A stretch of DNA of 63,229 nucleotides, filler included, from Octopus bimaculoides (taxonomy: Eukaryota), in the NCBI RefSeq assembly GCF_001194135.2. It is 11 parts of 10 records of this genome, joined end to end, with 100 filler letters (N's around TTAATTAATTAA, not from the genome) between each part and the next. Parts side by side here need not be neighbours in the genome. Positions count along the whole stretch, not along the records: positions 18,274 to 25,939 come from NC_068994.1; positions 26,040 to 32,917 come from NC_069009.1; positions 33,018 to 34,478 come from NW_026416321.1; positions 34,579 to 40,235 come from NC_068981.1; 7 more parts are not named here. One strand, given 5' to 3'. Position 1 is the stretch's first letter; each line of letters begins with the position of its first letter. The position numbers and the translations under genes were made by a program. Below, piece by piece: positions 24,066-36,792 of this stretch. The notes under the pieces are model-generated. The model was not told where the DNA came from. It saw only the letters and a list, made by a program, of their open reading frames with translations, and did not search any database.

Positions 24066-24889
24066 CTGAAGTAGACTCATTAAAATCATTATCAAAATAT
24101 CTTTTTCTCTCTTTCTCCATCTCTCTCTTTTTCCCAGCTAAATTAGCCGTATCATAAAAACTAGAAGCAGCTCTCTGGTATTTTACAAAGTCCCAAGAGT
24201 CTGTTTAACTCTTCTGCTCTATCTTAGGAATGAACTCGCATATTTCATTCACATGATTGCTGCTAGAAAAGAAAAAAAGAACAAAAACCCCCTACATATG
24301 TCTCTATAGGAAAATAAGTTTATCAGTGAGAATGTAAATGTGAATGGTATGTAGTCATGTACATCTGTGTGTATGTGTTTATGTCTACGTAGATCTATAT
24401 GTACAAGTCTTAGGTGTGCGTACATATTCGTGTATGTATGTGAAGTATATGGATTTATGTATAAGTCTTTTCTAACACCAGTGAAGAATCATAACTTCAC
24501 ATAGCTAAACAGTAAACTCTACCAAATATCTCAGACACCACAACAACAACAATAATAATGATCTCTTCAACCTATACCCAGAGTCATAGATTTTTGTTGC
24601 TGCTGTTGTTGTTATTGTTGTTGTTGTTTTATATCTAGTCTTTATTTATAGAACTAATTCTAGCTGGATAAATTCTTTTTTCTTCTTTAACACAAAGGGG
24701 GACTATTTTTAGTTTGACTAGTACATCCTCACATGGGCCATCTTCCAGACCTGATGTAGGCATTCTAAAGAACAACCAGCATGGGAGCATTTTATGGGGT
24801 TGGTTGTCTGAGCTGATAGAAATAGCTGCCAAATCTCCCTTGAATCACACCCATCTTAAAATGAAGAGATGGGCATGATGGACTAACGG

Positions 24890-25300
24890 TGAGTGATTGA
24901 ATGCGTGAGAGCTGAGTGCATGAGAAAGTATGAATGAGAGTGTGTGATGGATTGAGTGTGTGATGGATTGAGTGTGAGGGGGAATGGGTGCACAAATGAA
25001 TATGTGAATGAATGAGTGACTGCACAAGGAAATGAGTGAGTGTGCATGGAAATGAGTGAGCGTGCAAGAGATTGAGTGAGTACGCAAGAGAATGAGTGTA
25101 TGCGAGTGATAATGAGTGTGTGCGAGCAATAATGAGCAAGTGCGAGCGATGTGTGAGCCAGCGAGAATGAGTGTGAGCAAGCGAGAATGAGTGTGAGCAA
25201 GCGAGAATGAGTGTGAGCAAGCGAGAATGAGTGTGAGCAAGCGAGAATGAGTGTGAGCAAGCGAGAATGAGTGTGAGCAAGCGAGAATGAGTGTGAGCAA
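24890..25300. repeat. 20-bp minisatellite: 7 perfect units plus a degenerate upstream array
   Basis: gcgagaatgagtgtgagcaa x7 at 25161-25300; related decayed units extend back to about 24890. Confidence 0.95.
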
Positions 25301-25367
25301 TATATATATATATATATATTCCCTCACCTGTCTTCATCATTATGTGCGTACACATGTACATATGCAT

Positions 25368-25412
<45 letters not shown>

Positions 25413-26039
25413 CATACATGCACTATTGAATCTAACAACTAAGTGACACAGCTAGCTGCTGATTTATAAATATACACGTGGCCGAGATTTGACAAACTTC
25501 CTTGATAACAAACACTCATTGACAAAAACCACTTCCAATGGCCCACACACAAATATACAAACCATGAACACTGACTGCCACTGTTGTGTGAAAGAAGCAG
25601 CAATACACACCAGCAAGCTTGTCAGACATATTATTGAGAGTGAGGAAAGGACTAAGTGTGTTGCAGGGCTTGATTGAGGTGAATGGGTGAAGTGGAATTA
25701 GAACAACTGTCTCAATAGCCATCCCAATTTCGTGTGGATAGTTAAGAGCTTCCTGGAACACTTTGGATGGAAGAGAGGAGACAAAGCAGACATCAGGCGG
25801 TGAGAGGGAGAGAGATTGGAAAGAGAAGGTAAGAGAGAGAGGGGGGAGGTAAATAAGAGTGAGAGGGGAGAGAAATCATGGGGGAGGAGGAGTGATCACA
25901 GGGAGCAGAGAGAGATCACGGGGAGGAGAGAGAGATCACNNNNNNNNNNNNNNNNNNNNNNNNNNNNNNNNNNNNNNNNNNNNTTAATTAATTAANNNNN
26001 NNNNNNNNNNNNNNNNNNNNNNNNNNNNNNNNNNNNNNN

Positions 26040-26352
26040 CACCACATGTCCATACCAGCGCAATCGTCTCTCTTGCACGCCACAACTGATGCTTCTAATG
26101 TTCAGCTTTTCTCTCAAGATACTTACACTCTGACGGGTATTCACATTGACATTACACATCCAACGGAGCATACTGGCTTCATTCCTTGCGAGCTTACGTA
26201 TGTCCTCAGCAGTTACAGCCCATGTTTCACTGCCATGTAGCATGGTTGTTCGTACGCATGCGTCATACAGTCTGCCTTTTACTCTGAGTGAGAGTCCCTT
26301 TGTCGCCAGCAGGGGTAAGAGCTCTCTAAACTTTGCCCAGGCTATTCTTATT
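26040..26352 (-). mobile_element. RTE-clade LINE fragment (post-RT region), well preserved
   Basis: RIRIAWAKFRELLPLLATKGLSLRVKGRLYDACVRTTMLHGSETWAVT...RRLRWYGHVV; cut by a gap. Confidence 0.9.
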
Positions 26353-26742
26353 CTATATATATATATATATATATATAAATGCTCTTTCTTTCTCTACATA
26401 TATATTTATATATACACATACAGAAATATATACTATATACATATATATATATACATACATATATACTATATATACACACCAATATACTATGTATATGTGT
26501 ATATATATACACACACATATATCCCAGCAGATATACACATACAGGTTATACATAAACGTGTGTCTTCTAGAAGAAGAAGAAGAAGAAGAAGAAAATGAAG
26601 AAGAAGAAGAAGAAGAAGAAGAAGAAGAAGAAGAAGAAGAAGAAGAAGAAGAAGAAGAAGAAATGGAAGAAGAAGAAGAAGAGGCATTGTGACTATAAAG
26701 AGGTGAGAGGTGGGGTTTGACAGGTGAGAACANNNNNNNNNN

Positions 26743-26775
<33 letters not shown>

Positions 26776-26869
26776 ATATACCTTTACACACACACAAACA
26801 CACACACGAATAGATATACCTTTACACACACATAAACAAACAGAAAGACAGACAGACAGACATAGGGAT

Positions 26870-26900
<31 letters not shown>

Positions 26901-26965
26901 GGGATAGAAAGATAGAGTGATGTATAGATAGATATAAATTTATATATATAAACACAAATGAGTTA

Positions 26966-27003
<38 letters not shown>

Positions 27004-27324
27004 TTATTAATATTTCTAAGTCTCTCTAAAGGAGACTACGGCAGCGGTACTGGAAATTAATAGTTATCGCCAAGCCAACATGGCAGTCCCAAAATTATAT
27101 ATATATATATGCGTGTATGTGTACATATATACAGACGCATATATACATATTTATTTATTTATTTATGTGTTTCAGCCAAGTGGCTGCGGTCATGCTGGTG
27201 CACCACCGTAATGATGTATATGCATACAGAAATGCACCTTTGTATACTTGTGCATATATCTATAAATATATATACAAATGTGTGTGTGTGTACATACATA
27301 CATATATATGTGTGTGTGTGTATA

Positions 27325-27373
<49 letters not shown>

Positions 27374-27574
27374 GCATATGTTTATATATATGCATGTGTA
27401 TATATATATATATGTATATGTGTATATACATGTACGTGTATATATATGTATATATATATATATAGGCATTTGTGTGTATATATATATATAAATATGTATA
27501 CAAACACATGCATACACATTACATAGATATATATATATATACATACATTATATTATATATGCATACATCTATCT

Positions 27575-27641
<67 letters not shown>

Positions 27642-27699
27642 GAATCACACACACACATATATGCATACATAAATATATAATGGTATGGTTTGAGGCTAG

Positions 27700-28298
27700 A
27701 AAGAATAGGTAAGAGGCTTGGACAGGTGGGATAAGGTAGTGGTGGTGGGGGAGGACAGAGGAATTGGTTAACAGCAACAGGTGAAAAGGAATTGGAAGTG
27801 AAAGGATAACATAAATGGTGGTGGTTGTGGCAGCTGGGGTTGTGTGTGGGTGTGTGATGGTGATAGTGGAGGAGGTGATGGCAGTGGCAGAGGTGGGGTG
27901 ATTGTGATGGTGGGAGGTGTCATTGGCGGTGATGGTGGTGATAACAGTGGTGGTGGTGATGGTGGTGGTGGTGGTGGCGATGATGATGATGGTGGTAGTG
28001 GTGGTGGTAAGGATGGTGGTTGTGGTGGTGATGTAGTTGGCAGTGATGGTGGTGATGATGATGATGGTGGTGGTGGTGGTGATGATAATGATAGTTGTGA
28101 TGGTGGTGGTGATGGTGAAGATGGTTTTGGTGGTAGTTGTGTTGTAGATGGTGGACACGGTGGTAGTGGTGATAGTTGAGGGGATGGTGGTAATTATGGT
28201 CATGCCGAATGTGCTGGCAGTGGTGGTGGTGGTGGTGGTGATGATGTCATTGGCGATGGTGATGCTGATAACAGTGGTGGTTGTGGTGGTGATGGTTG

Positions 28299-28329
<31 letters not shown>

Positions 28330-28430
28330 AGTGATATTGGTACTGAAGATGTTGATGATGGTGATGATGATGACAATGATGTTTATAATGGTTGTAGTGG
28401 TGCCAACATCTGTTATGATGATGATGATGA
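27700..28430. repeat. Degenerate (GGT)/(GAT) low-complexity tract
   Basis: Read directly; explains the poly-T/V/G/H ORFs here. Confidence 0.85.
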
Positions 28431-28919
28431 CTTGTTTTAGTCATTGGACTGTGGCCATACTGGAGCACCGCATTCAAGTGTTTACTTGAATAAATTGGCC
28501 CCAAAACTCCTTTTTTAATTTTCAAAGTCTGGTAAGTTATAGGGAAGTAACCAAACCAACACTCATTGAATAGTGACAATGAGTGTTAAATATTGCATTG
28601 GTGAAGAAATATTCTTTATTTATGAATTAATAAGGCAACCAACTGTTTCATGTGGAAGAGATCTCCACAATTATTCAAGCAAACCACTCGAAATACCAAC
28701 ATTTCCAAATGGTTCACTTGAGCAATTGTGGACATCCCTATTACATGTAATGGTTGGGTGCCTTGTTAATCTACAAATAAAGTGTATATACACACATCTT
28801 TCAGCAATAACATACGGACAGAACAAAAGGATAATAGACATCAACAAATTATAAGCGACAAAACCAATGGTTTTTGCAAACAGTATTCCAAACTGATATT
28901 GAACAATCTGTCATAGATT

Positions 28920-29060
28920 CACCATCAATAGTGTCACTTTGTCAATAGTCACACAGTCATATCATCAACAGTCACATTGACAACACCACTGAATTGTCAA
29001 CACTGACATGTTGTCAACACTGACATGTTGTCAACACTACCACACCGTCATCACAGCTGC
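28920..29060. repeat. 17-bp minisatellite ttgtcaacactgacatg (about 2.6 perfect units) with a degenerate flank
   Basis: Units at 28994, 29011 and 29028; upstream gtcaa/gtcac-rich decayed units. Confidence 0.8.
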
Positions 29061-29419
29061 CGGTTTAAAATGAATAGGATAAAATATCAGTTGGTCATTT
29101 CATCTACTGGTTGAAAACTTCTAAACAACAGATCTAGTGTTCTCGCAGAATACTAAACAAATATAAAAATACTACTGAAAACTATGTAACGCATATATAA
29201 GTGTGACTTATGTAGTGCACCATGAAAGGAGATGGAAAAAATATCAGCACAATGACAGCGATAAAGCTGAAAAATATCTTTAAAAAACAATAGCTTCTGG
29301 ATGGGATAAAACAGAATCAGATTTTGTACAAATGTATTTAGGGGAATATAAAATATTGGAAGGGTTTTATAGATTGGCAGCAGGGGAGGGTATGATTTTT
29401 AAAGTTTTTATTTCATTCT

Positions 29420-29945
29420 TTGTTGTTTTCTGTGTTTTTTTTTTTTTTTTGGTAGATTGCTTGTTTTTCTTTCATGTGTATCATGTATTTTATTTTCTCT
29501 CCTGCTTTCTTTCTTTATTTATTGCTTCTCTCTTTCCTTTTTTTCTTTCCTTCTTTCTCACTTTCTATTACTGTTTATCTTTTTCTTTCTCTCTTTTTCT
29601 TTCTTACCTTCTTTCATTCACTCTCTTTCTCTCTCTCCTTCTCACATTTCTTTCATATTTTCACTCATTCTTTCCTATTTTGTTTCTTTTTCTTTCTTTC
29701 CCATTTTTTCTTTCTTTCTCTATCACTCTTTTCCTCTTTTTCTACCTTTCTCTTCCTTACTTTCCTTTTCTTTGTATTTCTCTCTCTTTCACCATCTCTA
29801 TTTCTTCCCCTTATCTTTCTTTCTCTCTTTCTTCCCTATGTCTTTCTGTCTTTCCTTCTCTCCTCTTCCTTTCTCCTTCATTTTGTTCTTTCTTTCATTC
29901 TTTCTTTCTTCCTCTTTTCTTCTCTCTCACTTTCCTCCTTTCTTC
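29420..29945. repeat. Polypyrimidine (CT/CTTT) low-complexity tract
   Basis: About 500 nt almost entirely C/T on the plus strand. Confidence 0.9.
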
Positions 29946-30119
29946 GCAAAGGTTTTGAAAGAATGAAAGAACAGAAGAAGAATAAAAGAAAAAGAAAAAA
30001 TTAAGCAGCAGAAGATAAATTGACTGAGGCAGACGACCAAGGAAAAACATGAGCTAGAAGAAGGAGACAGTATTTTGAAGACAGAAAATATATGAATACC
30101 AATGAGAAGGAAAATATAC

Positions 30120-30540
30120 ATACAAATGGCTAGTGACCGAGACCTTTGGCACCATGTCATCCTTGAGAAGACCTGTCAAGTGAAATTGCAGTCATGGCTG
30201 ATGCCAATGTTACTTAACTGGCATCTGTGCCAGTGGCAGGTAAAAAGCATCCTTCAAACATTGGGCCTCATGGAGGCAGCAACTGAGATCTTTAGCAATA
30301 TACCATGCTTGGGAAGATCGTAGTCATGGCCAATGCCAGTGTTAAGTAACTGACACGTAAAAAGCATCTGCTACACTCTTGGAAGAGTTGGGGTTACGAA
30401 GGGCATCCAGTCATAGAAACCATTCCAAATCAGAGTGGAACAAGATGTAGCTCCCCAGCTTACCAGTTTTCAGTGAAACCATCCGATCCATGCCAGCATA
30501 GAAAACAGACGTTAAAATATGATGATGAGGATGATGATGA
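30120..30540 (+). mobile_element. RTE-clade LINE 3' end with (GAT)n tail
   Basis: MASDRDLWHHVILEKT, then a tail aaaagca...gaagggcatccagt...ccatgccagcat...gacgttaaa...gatgatg. Confidence 0.65.
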
Positions 30541-30789
30541 ATGACAAGGAAGTTGTTCTGAGGAAAAGAATAACTGGTATCACAATTCCAGCAGCTGAGA
30601 GGAAAGTGTCATAGTTAGAAGAGTGATGGAGGGATGGATGTTAAGAAGATGAGTGTAGAGGAATACTTGATAAGAATAGACAGGGAAAAGGGAGCTATAG
30701 ATTAAATCAATATAGTTTTAGGACTTCATTTTTTTCTGAGATGGATCATCTTGAACACAACAAATAATGAATCGCTTAAGTTCTTTGTC

Positions 30790-31440
30790 CTCTTTTCCAT
30801 GAAGCTCAACATTCTGAAATCAGTCATCATTACTAGGTTCCATGTTGTTGGTCTTCTTCTATAAGTTTTATCCATATTTAAAGATCTTAATGCAACTGTC
30901 TTCATCCATCCACATCCTATGAGCACACCAGCTCAGTTTTCTCTCTTGCACACTGCATCTGGTCCCTCCTATGCCCAATTTTTCACTCAACACATTTTCA
31001 CTTTGTCATACATGCATATCGACATTGCACATCTAGTAGAGCATACCGGTTTCATTTCTCTCTAGTCTTCACATATCTTCTGCATTCAGACCTCACATTT
31101 CACTACCACATAACATTGCTGTTGTTCATTCACGTACATCATACAATCTTGCCTTTCACTTTGACAAAGGACCTTTTGTTGCTAGCAGAGGTAATCGCAC
31201 TCTGAACTTTCTCCAGCCGATTCTTATTCAAGAAACTATACTTTCAAAATACCCCCACTCCTTTGCTAATTAAGCTACAAAGGTAACATAAATTATCTAC
31301 TAAGTTCAGGAATATAACTTTGGCATCCAAGAAAATTTATTTCCTGCTTGCTCTTAGTGTTTATTGCTCCTGTGCATCTGCCACATACAAAGTCTAATTT
31401 CTCCGTTAACCTTTCTGTGATTCCGCTGCACCACCGCAAA
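30790..31440 (-). mobile_element. Decayed RTE-clade LINE fragment
   Basis: Reverse complement parallels 26040-26352 (gaatcggctggagaaagttcaga..., tgtatgatgtacgtg..., caagagagaaaactg). Confidence 0.7.
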
Positions 31441-31797
31441 AGGTAAAGTTAGGATGTATAGTAATGGAGTAGACAGAGCAAACAAGCCAGACCTTGGTTG
31501 CTTACTTGCTCTTGCTTGATAGGGCTGGGGTCACCCAAAGCAGGGATGCTCCAGGGCTTCAGAAAGCTATTTAGCTTTGCTGATGGCAAGGCAACCTCTA
31601 CAGTGCTGGTGCCATGATAATGAACCCAGAACACTTTCTAAAGTAATTGGTGTGAGGAATCGAATCCAACCTTGGAAATCATATTAAAGCTGAAACACAG
31701 GAGCAAGACAGGATCCTCCAAAGAACTGGATCCTGTAGAACCATCTGAAACACATAACCTTGGAAAGCAATATAAAAAGATGATGATTATGATGATG

Positions 31798-31847
<50 letters not shown>

Positions 31848-31969
31848 TATATACACACACAACACACACAGTAACACACATATATATATGTATCCATATA
31901 TGTGTACATATACACACATATATACATGTATGTAAGAGTATATATGTAATACATATGTGTACGTATGTG

Positions 31970-32020
<51 letters not shown>

Positions 32021-32072
32021 CATTCAAATAGAGGTTATGTTGGCCTCATCTCCATTTTCTTATTCAAATATA

Positions 32073-32115
<43 letters not shown>

Positions 32116-32125
32116 NNNNNNNNNN

Positions 32126-32178
<53 letters not shown>

Positions 32179-34191
32179 AGAGAGAGGGAGAGAGAGAGAG
32201 AGAGAGAGAGATGTGTATATATGTGTGTGTGTGTATACACATATATACATATACGCACAAACATTTACACAAAACTATAGCTGATGTGAGGAGAAGAAGA
32301 AGAAAAGAAGAAGAAGAAGAAGAAGAAGAAGAAGAAGAAGAAGAAGAAGAAGAAGAAGAAGAAGAAGAAGAAGAAGAAGAAGAAGACGTAANNNNNNNNN
32401 NAAATTAAAAAGCTAAACATTGCCAAATATAGCAATCACAATTCGCCAGCCATCACCTGCCCACCCCTTCCTACTTTCAATAAAGTGGGGTGGGGGGTTG
32501 GAAAGACACCCCAGAAATATACGAACTATATAAAAGCAAAAAAATTGAAGAAATTACAAAAACTAAAAACTATACTAAAATTAAAAAAAAAAAAAACGGA
32601 AAACAAAAACCCTCACACATATATATGTATACAATAACGAAAAAATAAAGACAGTGCTGCTACAAATACAAATTTAAGAAACGGTAAAATAACCATCAGG
32701 AATAAGCAGTCGAAAATGATAAGTGGAATTAATATTTTCCCTTTATCACTTACCTGTCTTTTGAATGTGAGTTTTCTCTTTCTATAGTATATTTTTGTGT
32801 ATTGTTTAGCATTTATACTTCTTATTTTGCTCTTCGTTTTGTTTGCGGTCTTTTTGTGTATTGTATGGCATTTATGTTTTGGGGTTGTTTTACGTTTTCA
32901 TTTTTATTTTGCTTTTTNNNNNNNNNNNNNNNNNNNNNNNNNNNNNNNNNNNNNNNNNNNNTTAATTAATTAANNNNNNNNNNNNNNNNNNNNNNNNNNN
33001 NNNNNNNNNNNNNNNNNGTATGTATGTATGTATGTATGTATGTATGTATGCATGCATGTATGTACTGCGTTCAGGTTCAGCTTCGTGTCGATGTCTGAAC
33101 TCCAATAGATACGTATGTAGATGTGCACACACACACAAATATCGGAATATTCATATTCTAATGTATTCACACATCTTTATACATGCCTACACCAACCATA
33201 TGTTGGTACCCGTTTGTATAAATGCATATTGCAAATACAGTGTCATACACTTATATAAACATATACACATTCATCCTATGTACCAAAATGAAATCACTTA
33301 TAATGATGTCAATACACAGACACACACACACACACTCTTCCTTCTCTCTCTCTTTCTCCCCTCCTATAAATGCAAATAAATAGACACATAAGCATATGGT
33401 TGTACATGCATGCATAAACAGAGACAAACACACATATTTGCATATCTGTGCATAAGGAACTAATGTAAATATATCATATAAATACCTGAGTATACGCATG
33501 AACATATACGCACAGGTGCAGACATAGAACTATTCTTATAAATAAACACACAAGGCCGTAGCTATTGTTGATAAAAACGGTTGACATATGCATATCCGTA
33601 TATGTGTACATACGTACATACATGCACACATACATACATGTGTGTGTATGTATGCATGCATGCATGCATGTATGTATGTGTATGTATATATGTATGTATG
33701 TGTGTATGTGTGTGTTTATATGTATATATGTGTGTGTGTGTGTGTGTATGTTTATATGTGCATATGTGTACATATGTATTTATGTATGTAAGTAGAAAGG
33801 GTCTACACATGTATGCACCAATACGATCACAAAAGCATATGCCTAAACTGGTGCATGTTACGGCTTCTTATTATCACTTCTGCATGCATATGTATTCCAG
33901 TATATAAAGATAAGTGTATAAATTGATGTAATTATAGGCATATTGGGTAACATTCGTTTATAAACTACGTGTGTAAACATATCAGGACATATGAACTGTA
34001 ATAATATATACGTAAGTACATACGTGTACATATACGTATAAACACACTTAGGCACCCATATATTTACATATACAAAAACATTCACATACGGATACGCACA
34101 TATACACAGATTTCTTGAAATTAAATAGATGCCTTTCATTATACAGTTTTATTTCTGAGGACACTACCTGGAACTTCAGACATGTTAATGT

Positions 34192-34478
34192 ACGAGGTCT
34201 GATTAATAAGTATCCGGACTATTGCCATAGTAACGAAGCTAAAAAATGCAAAGTAAAACTGCTTGGTACAGAGTAACCTTGACCTCTGCTATGCGTGCAC
34301 ACTAAGTTTTAACGTTCTAGCTCACTTTTCCTGCTTACAACAGTGCTTGAAAGTAACGTGTGTAACGTGTAATCGTCGCATTGGCCTTGACAGAAAAAGT
34401 TGTCAGGGCAATACCAGCTCAGAGGCCCGCAGAAAGTGTATGGAGAGGAATGTATGAGCCACACACAAGTGTACGAGT
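34192..34478 (+). mobile_element. Mariner 5' end, truncated by a gap
   Basis: TA-CGAGGtctgattaataagtatccggact terminus and the N-terminal HTH peptide QKVYGEECMSHTQVYE. Confidence 0.7.
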
Positions 34479-34580
34479 NNNNNNNNNNNNNNNNNNNNNN
34501 NNNNNNNNNNNNNNNNNNNNNNTTAATTAATTAANNNNNNNNNNNNNNNNNNNNNNNNNNNNNNNNNNNNNNNNNNNNTA

Positions 34581-35455
34581 CAGTGTGCGGTGAATAAACA
34601 TTCGTTTAAATTCCGCAAAAATGAAATTAATACCGACATCTCATTTTGAAAGATATATTTACCAAAATTACGTAAAAGTATCTTGAAATACTAAAGAGTA
34701 AATTTATTCTATAAAATCGCCATTGACTTTAACCATGGCCTCTATTCGACTTCCGAATCTCCTGGTAACTGTGCTGAGTGGTCTCCTTGTGTGAATGCTG
34801 CCATAATCTTTGCCTTCAGTTCATCTTTGGTGTTACAAGGAGCTTTTTTGGTCTCTTGTTCAACTGCGTCCCATACATAATAATCAAGAGGGTTGCAGTC
34901 CGGGGGGTTAGGTGGCCAGATGCTAGGGGTGTTGTAGTCGCAGAAATTGTATGACAGCCATGACTGCATTCTCCTGCTTGTGTGGCAGTCTTGTTGTTAG
35001 GCATAGGGTCTTCTCCAGCAGCCATCCTATTCACCCAGGGCAACACTACTTCCTTCAGGCACTTGGTGTAGGCCTCCGTGTTGAGTCTGAGGCCGTGTGG
35101 GAAGTTGAATGGCGGCATAACGTCGCCATCACTAGTGATCACTGCAAACACCATGACGTTGACTGGATGTTTGATTTTTATCACTCTCAGTACATGTCCT
35201 CAGATTGCAATGTCTTCAGACTGACACCCAAACACTCTGAAATGTTCGTATTGGAGGTGAAGGCGCGAATGCCAAGCAGTACAGCATGTCATTTCCAACT
35301 CTCTGGCAGAGTTAATTACGTCATGGTACTGTTTTTCTCACAGACGATTGCTAACTGACCCTACTATACTGTGTAGTCGACAAAATCAAAAGCAAACAAT
35401 GCGCATGCACGAAATTAACAATATAAAATGGCGACAATTTACCCATCGCATCCTG
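34581..35455 (-). mobile_element. Tc1/mariner DD37D (maT-type) deletion derivative with TIRs
   Basis: TA-CAG(g/t)gtgcg termini; peptides KHPVNVMVFAVITSDG and WPPNPPDCNPLDYYVW; the N-terminal HTH is joined directly to the catalytic half. Confidence 0.85.
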
Positions 35456-36379
35456 TATATATCTATCTATATATATATATATATACATACTACTGATTCT
35501 AAACTACAAATTTTTTTCTCTAAACGGATGGCGATATTTATGGCACACATAGAACAAAAAACCAGAGGGACAAAAAAAACAAAAAGAAGCAACTCAATGC
35601 TAATCCCTGTATATTTATGATGATAAATGGTTTTACCGATAAAGGTTTTTTCATACTGAACCACTTGGCAAAATTGTTAATTATTAATTCTATTACTAAT
35701 TGACGATTCCCTGCCCTTATTCTTGTATATTATATATATATNNNNNNNNNNNNNNNNNNNNNNNNNNNNNNNNNNNNNNNNNNNNNNNNNNNNNNNNNNN
35801 NNNNNNNNNNNNNNNNNNNNNNNNNNNNNNNNNNNNNNNNNNNNNNNNNNNNNNNNNNNNNNNNNNNNNNNNNNNNNNNNNNNNNNNNNNNNNNNNNNNN
35901 NNNNNNNNNNNNNNNNNNNNNNNNNNNNNNNNNNNNNNNNNNNNNNNNNNNNNNNNNNNNNNNNNNNNNNNNNNNNNNNNNNNNNNNNNNNNNNNNNNNN
36001 NNNNNNNNNNNNNNNNTATATATATATATATATATGGACACACATATATATACGCGCATGCGAGCTTGAAATTGACAGACCAATTGTATTTTTAAGAAAT
36101 TAGAGATTTAAAAGCAATGTGTCCTTTTAGAGCATATTGTTGCTGTTGTTTTATTAGTTTATAATTTATTATTTGTAACATATTTCACATGTGCGAGTGA
36201 AGATTAGATGTGGCAGAGCGTTTCATAGTGCGAAATATCAACTTTCATCGAAGCTGAGAAAGTCGCAGGCCTTTATTTCTAGTTTCATGTTACAGAATAA
36301 CTGTGGAATCGAAAACGGCATCCCACATGTATGTATGTATGTATGTATGTATGTATGTATGTATGTATGTATGACTGCA

Positions 36380-36750
36380 TGTCTTTTATCTTTTACTTGT
36401 TTCAGATATTACACTACGGCCATGCTGGAGCACCGGCTTGAATAATTTTTAATCGAGAGAATGGACGCCAGTATGTGTGTTTTCATACCATAAACCTTAT
36501 TCCGTTGGACTCTTTTGCCGAAGCGCTAATGTCTCTGGGACGTAAACATACCAACAACGATTATCAAGTGGTTTTGGGAGACAAACACAGATTCAGACAT
36601 ACAAGGGTACACACACACACATACATGCATATAGACATAGATACCAAGGTTATAGCAAAAGACACTTATCCAAAGTGCTACATAGTGAGACTGAACCCGG
36701 AACCATGTGGCTGGGAAATAAACTTCTTAACAGACAGACACGCCTACGCC
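36380..36750 (-). mobile_element. SINE family C, degenerate full-length copy
   Basis: Reverse complement of tail (catgctggagcacc) and head (gactgaacccggaaccatgtgg). Confidence 0.8.
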
Positions 36751-36759
36751 ATATCTATA

Positions 36760-36792
<33 letters not shown>

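Noticed and set aside
25161-25300. Regular repeats as a possible CRISPR array
   Set aside because: Head-to-tail units with no unique spacers, eukaryotic context, no cas genes.
24792-25415. Repetitive ORFs (HTHSRLLTLILACSHSFSLA)n
   Set aside because: Products of the 20-bp minisatellite, whose unit is not a multiple of three.
27553-28579. Thr-, Gly-, Val- and His-rich ORFs resembling mucins or glycine-rich proteins
   Set aside because: Open in several frames on both strands because of (GGT)/(GAT) low complexity; no splice context. The same applies to 62074-62514.
29332-30004. Hydrophobic Phe/Leu/Ser-rich ORFs resembling membrane proteins
   Set aside because: All three frames are open because the tract is polypyrimidine.
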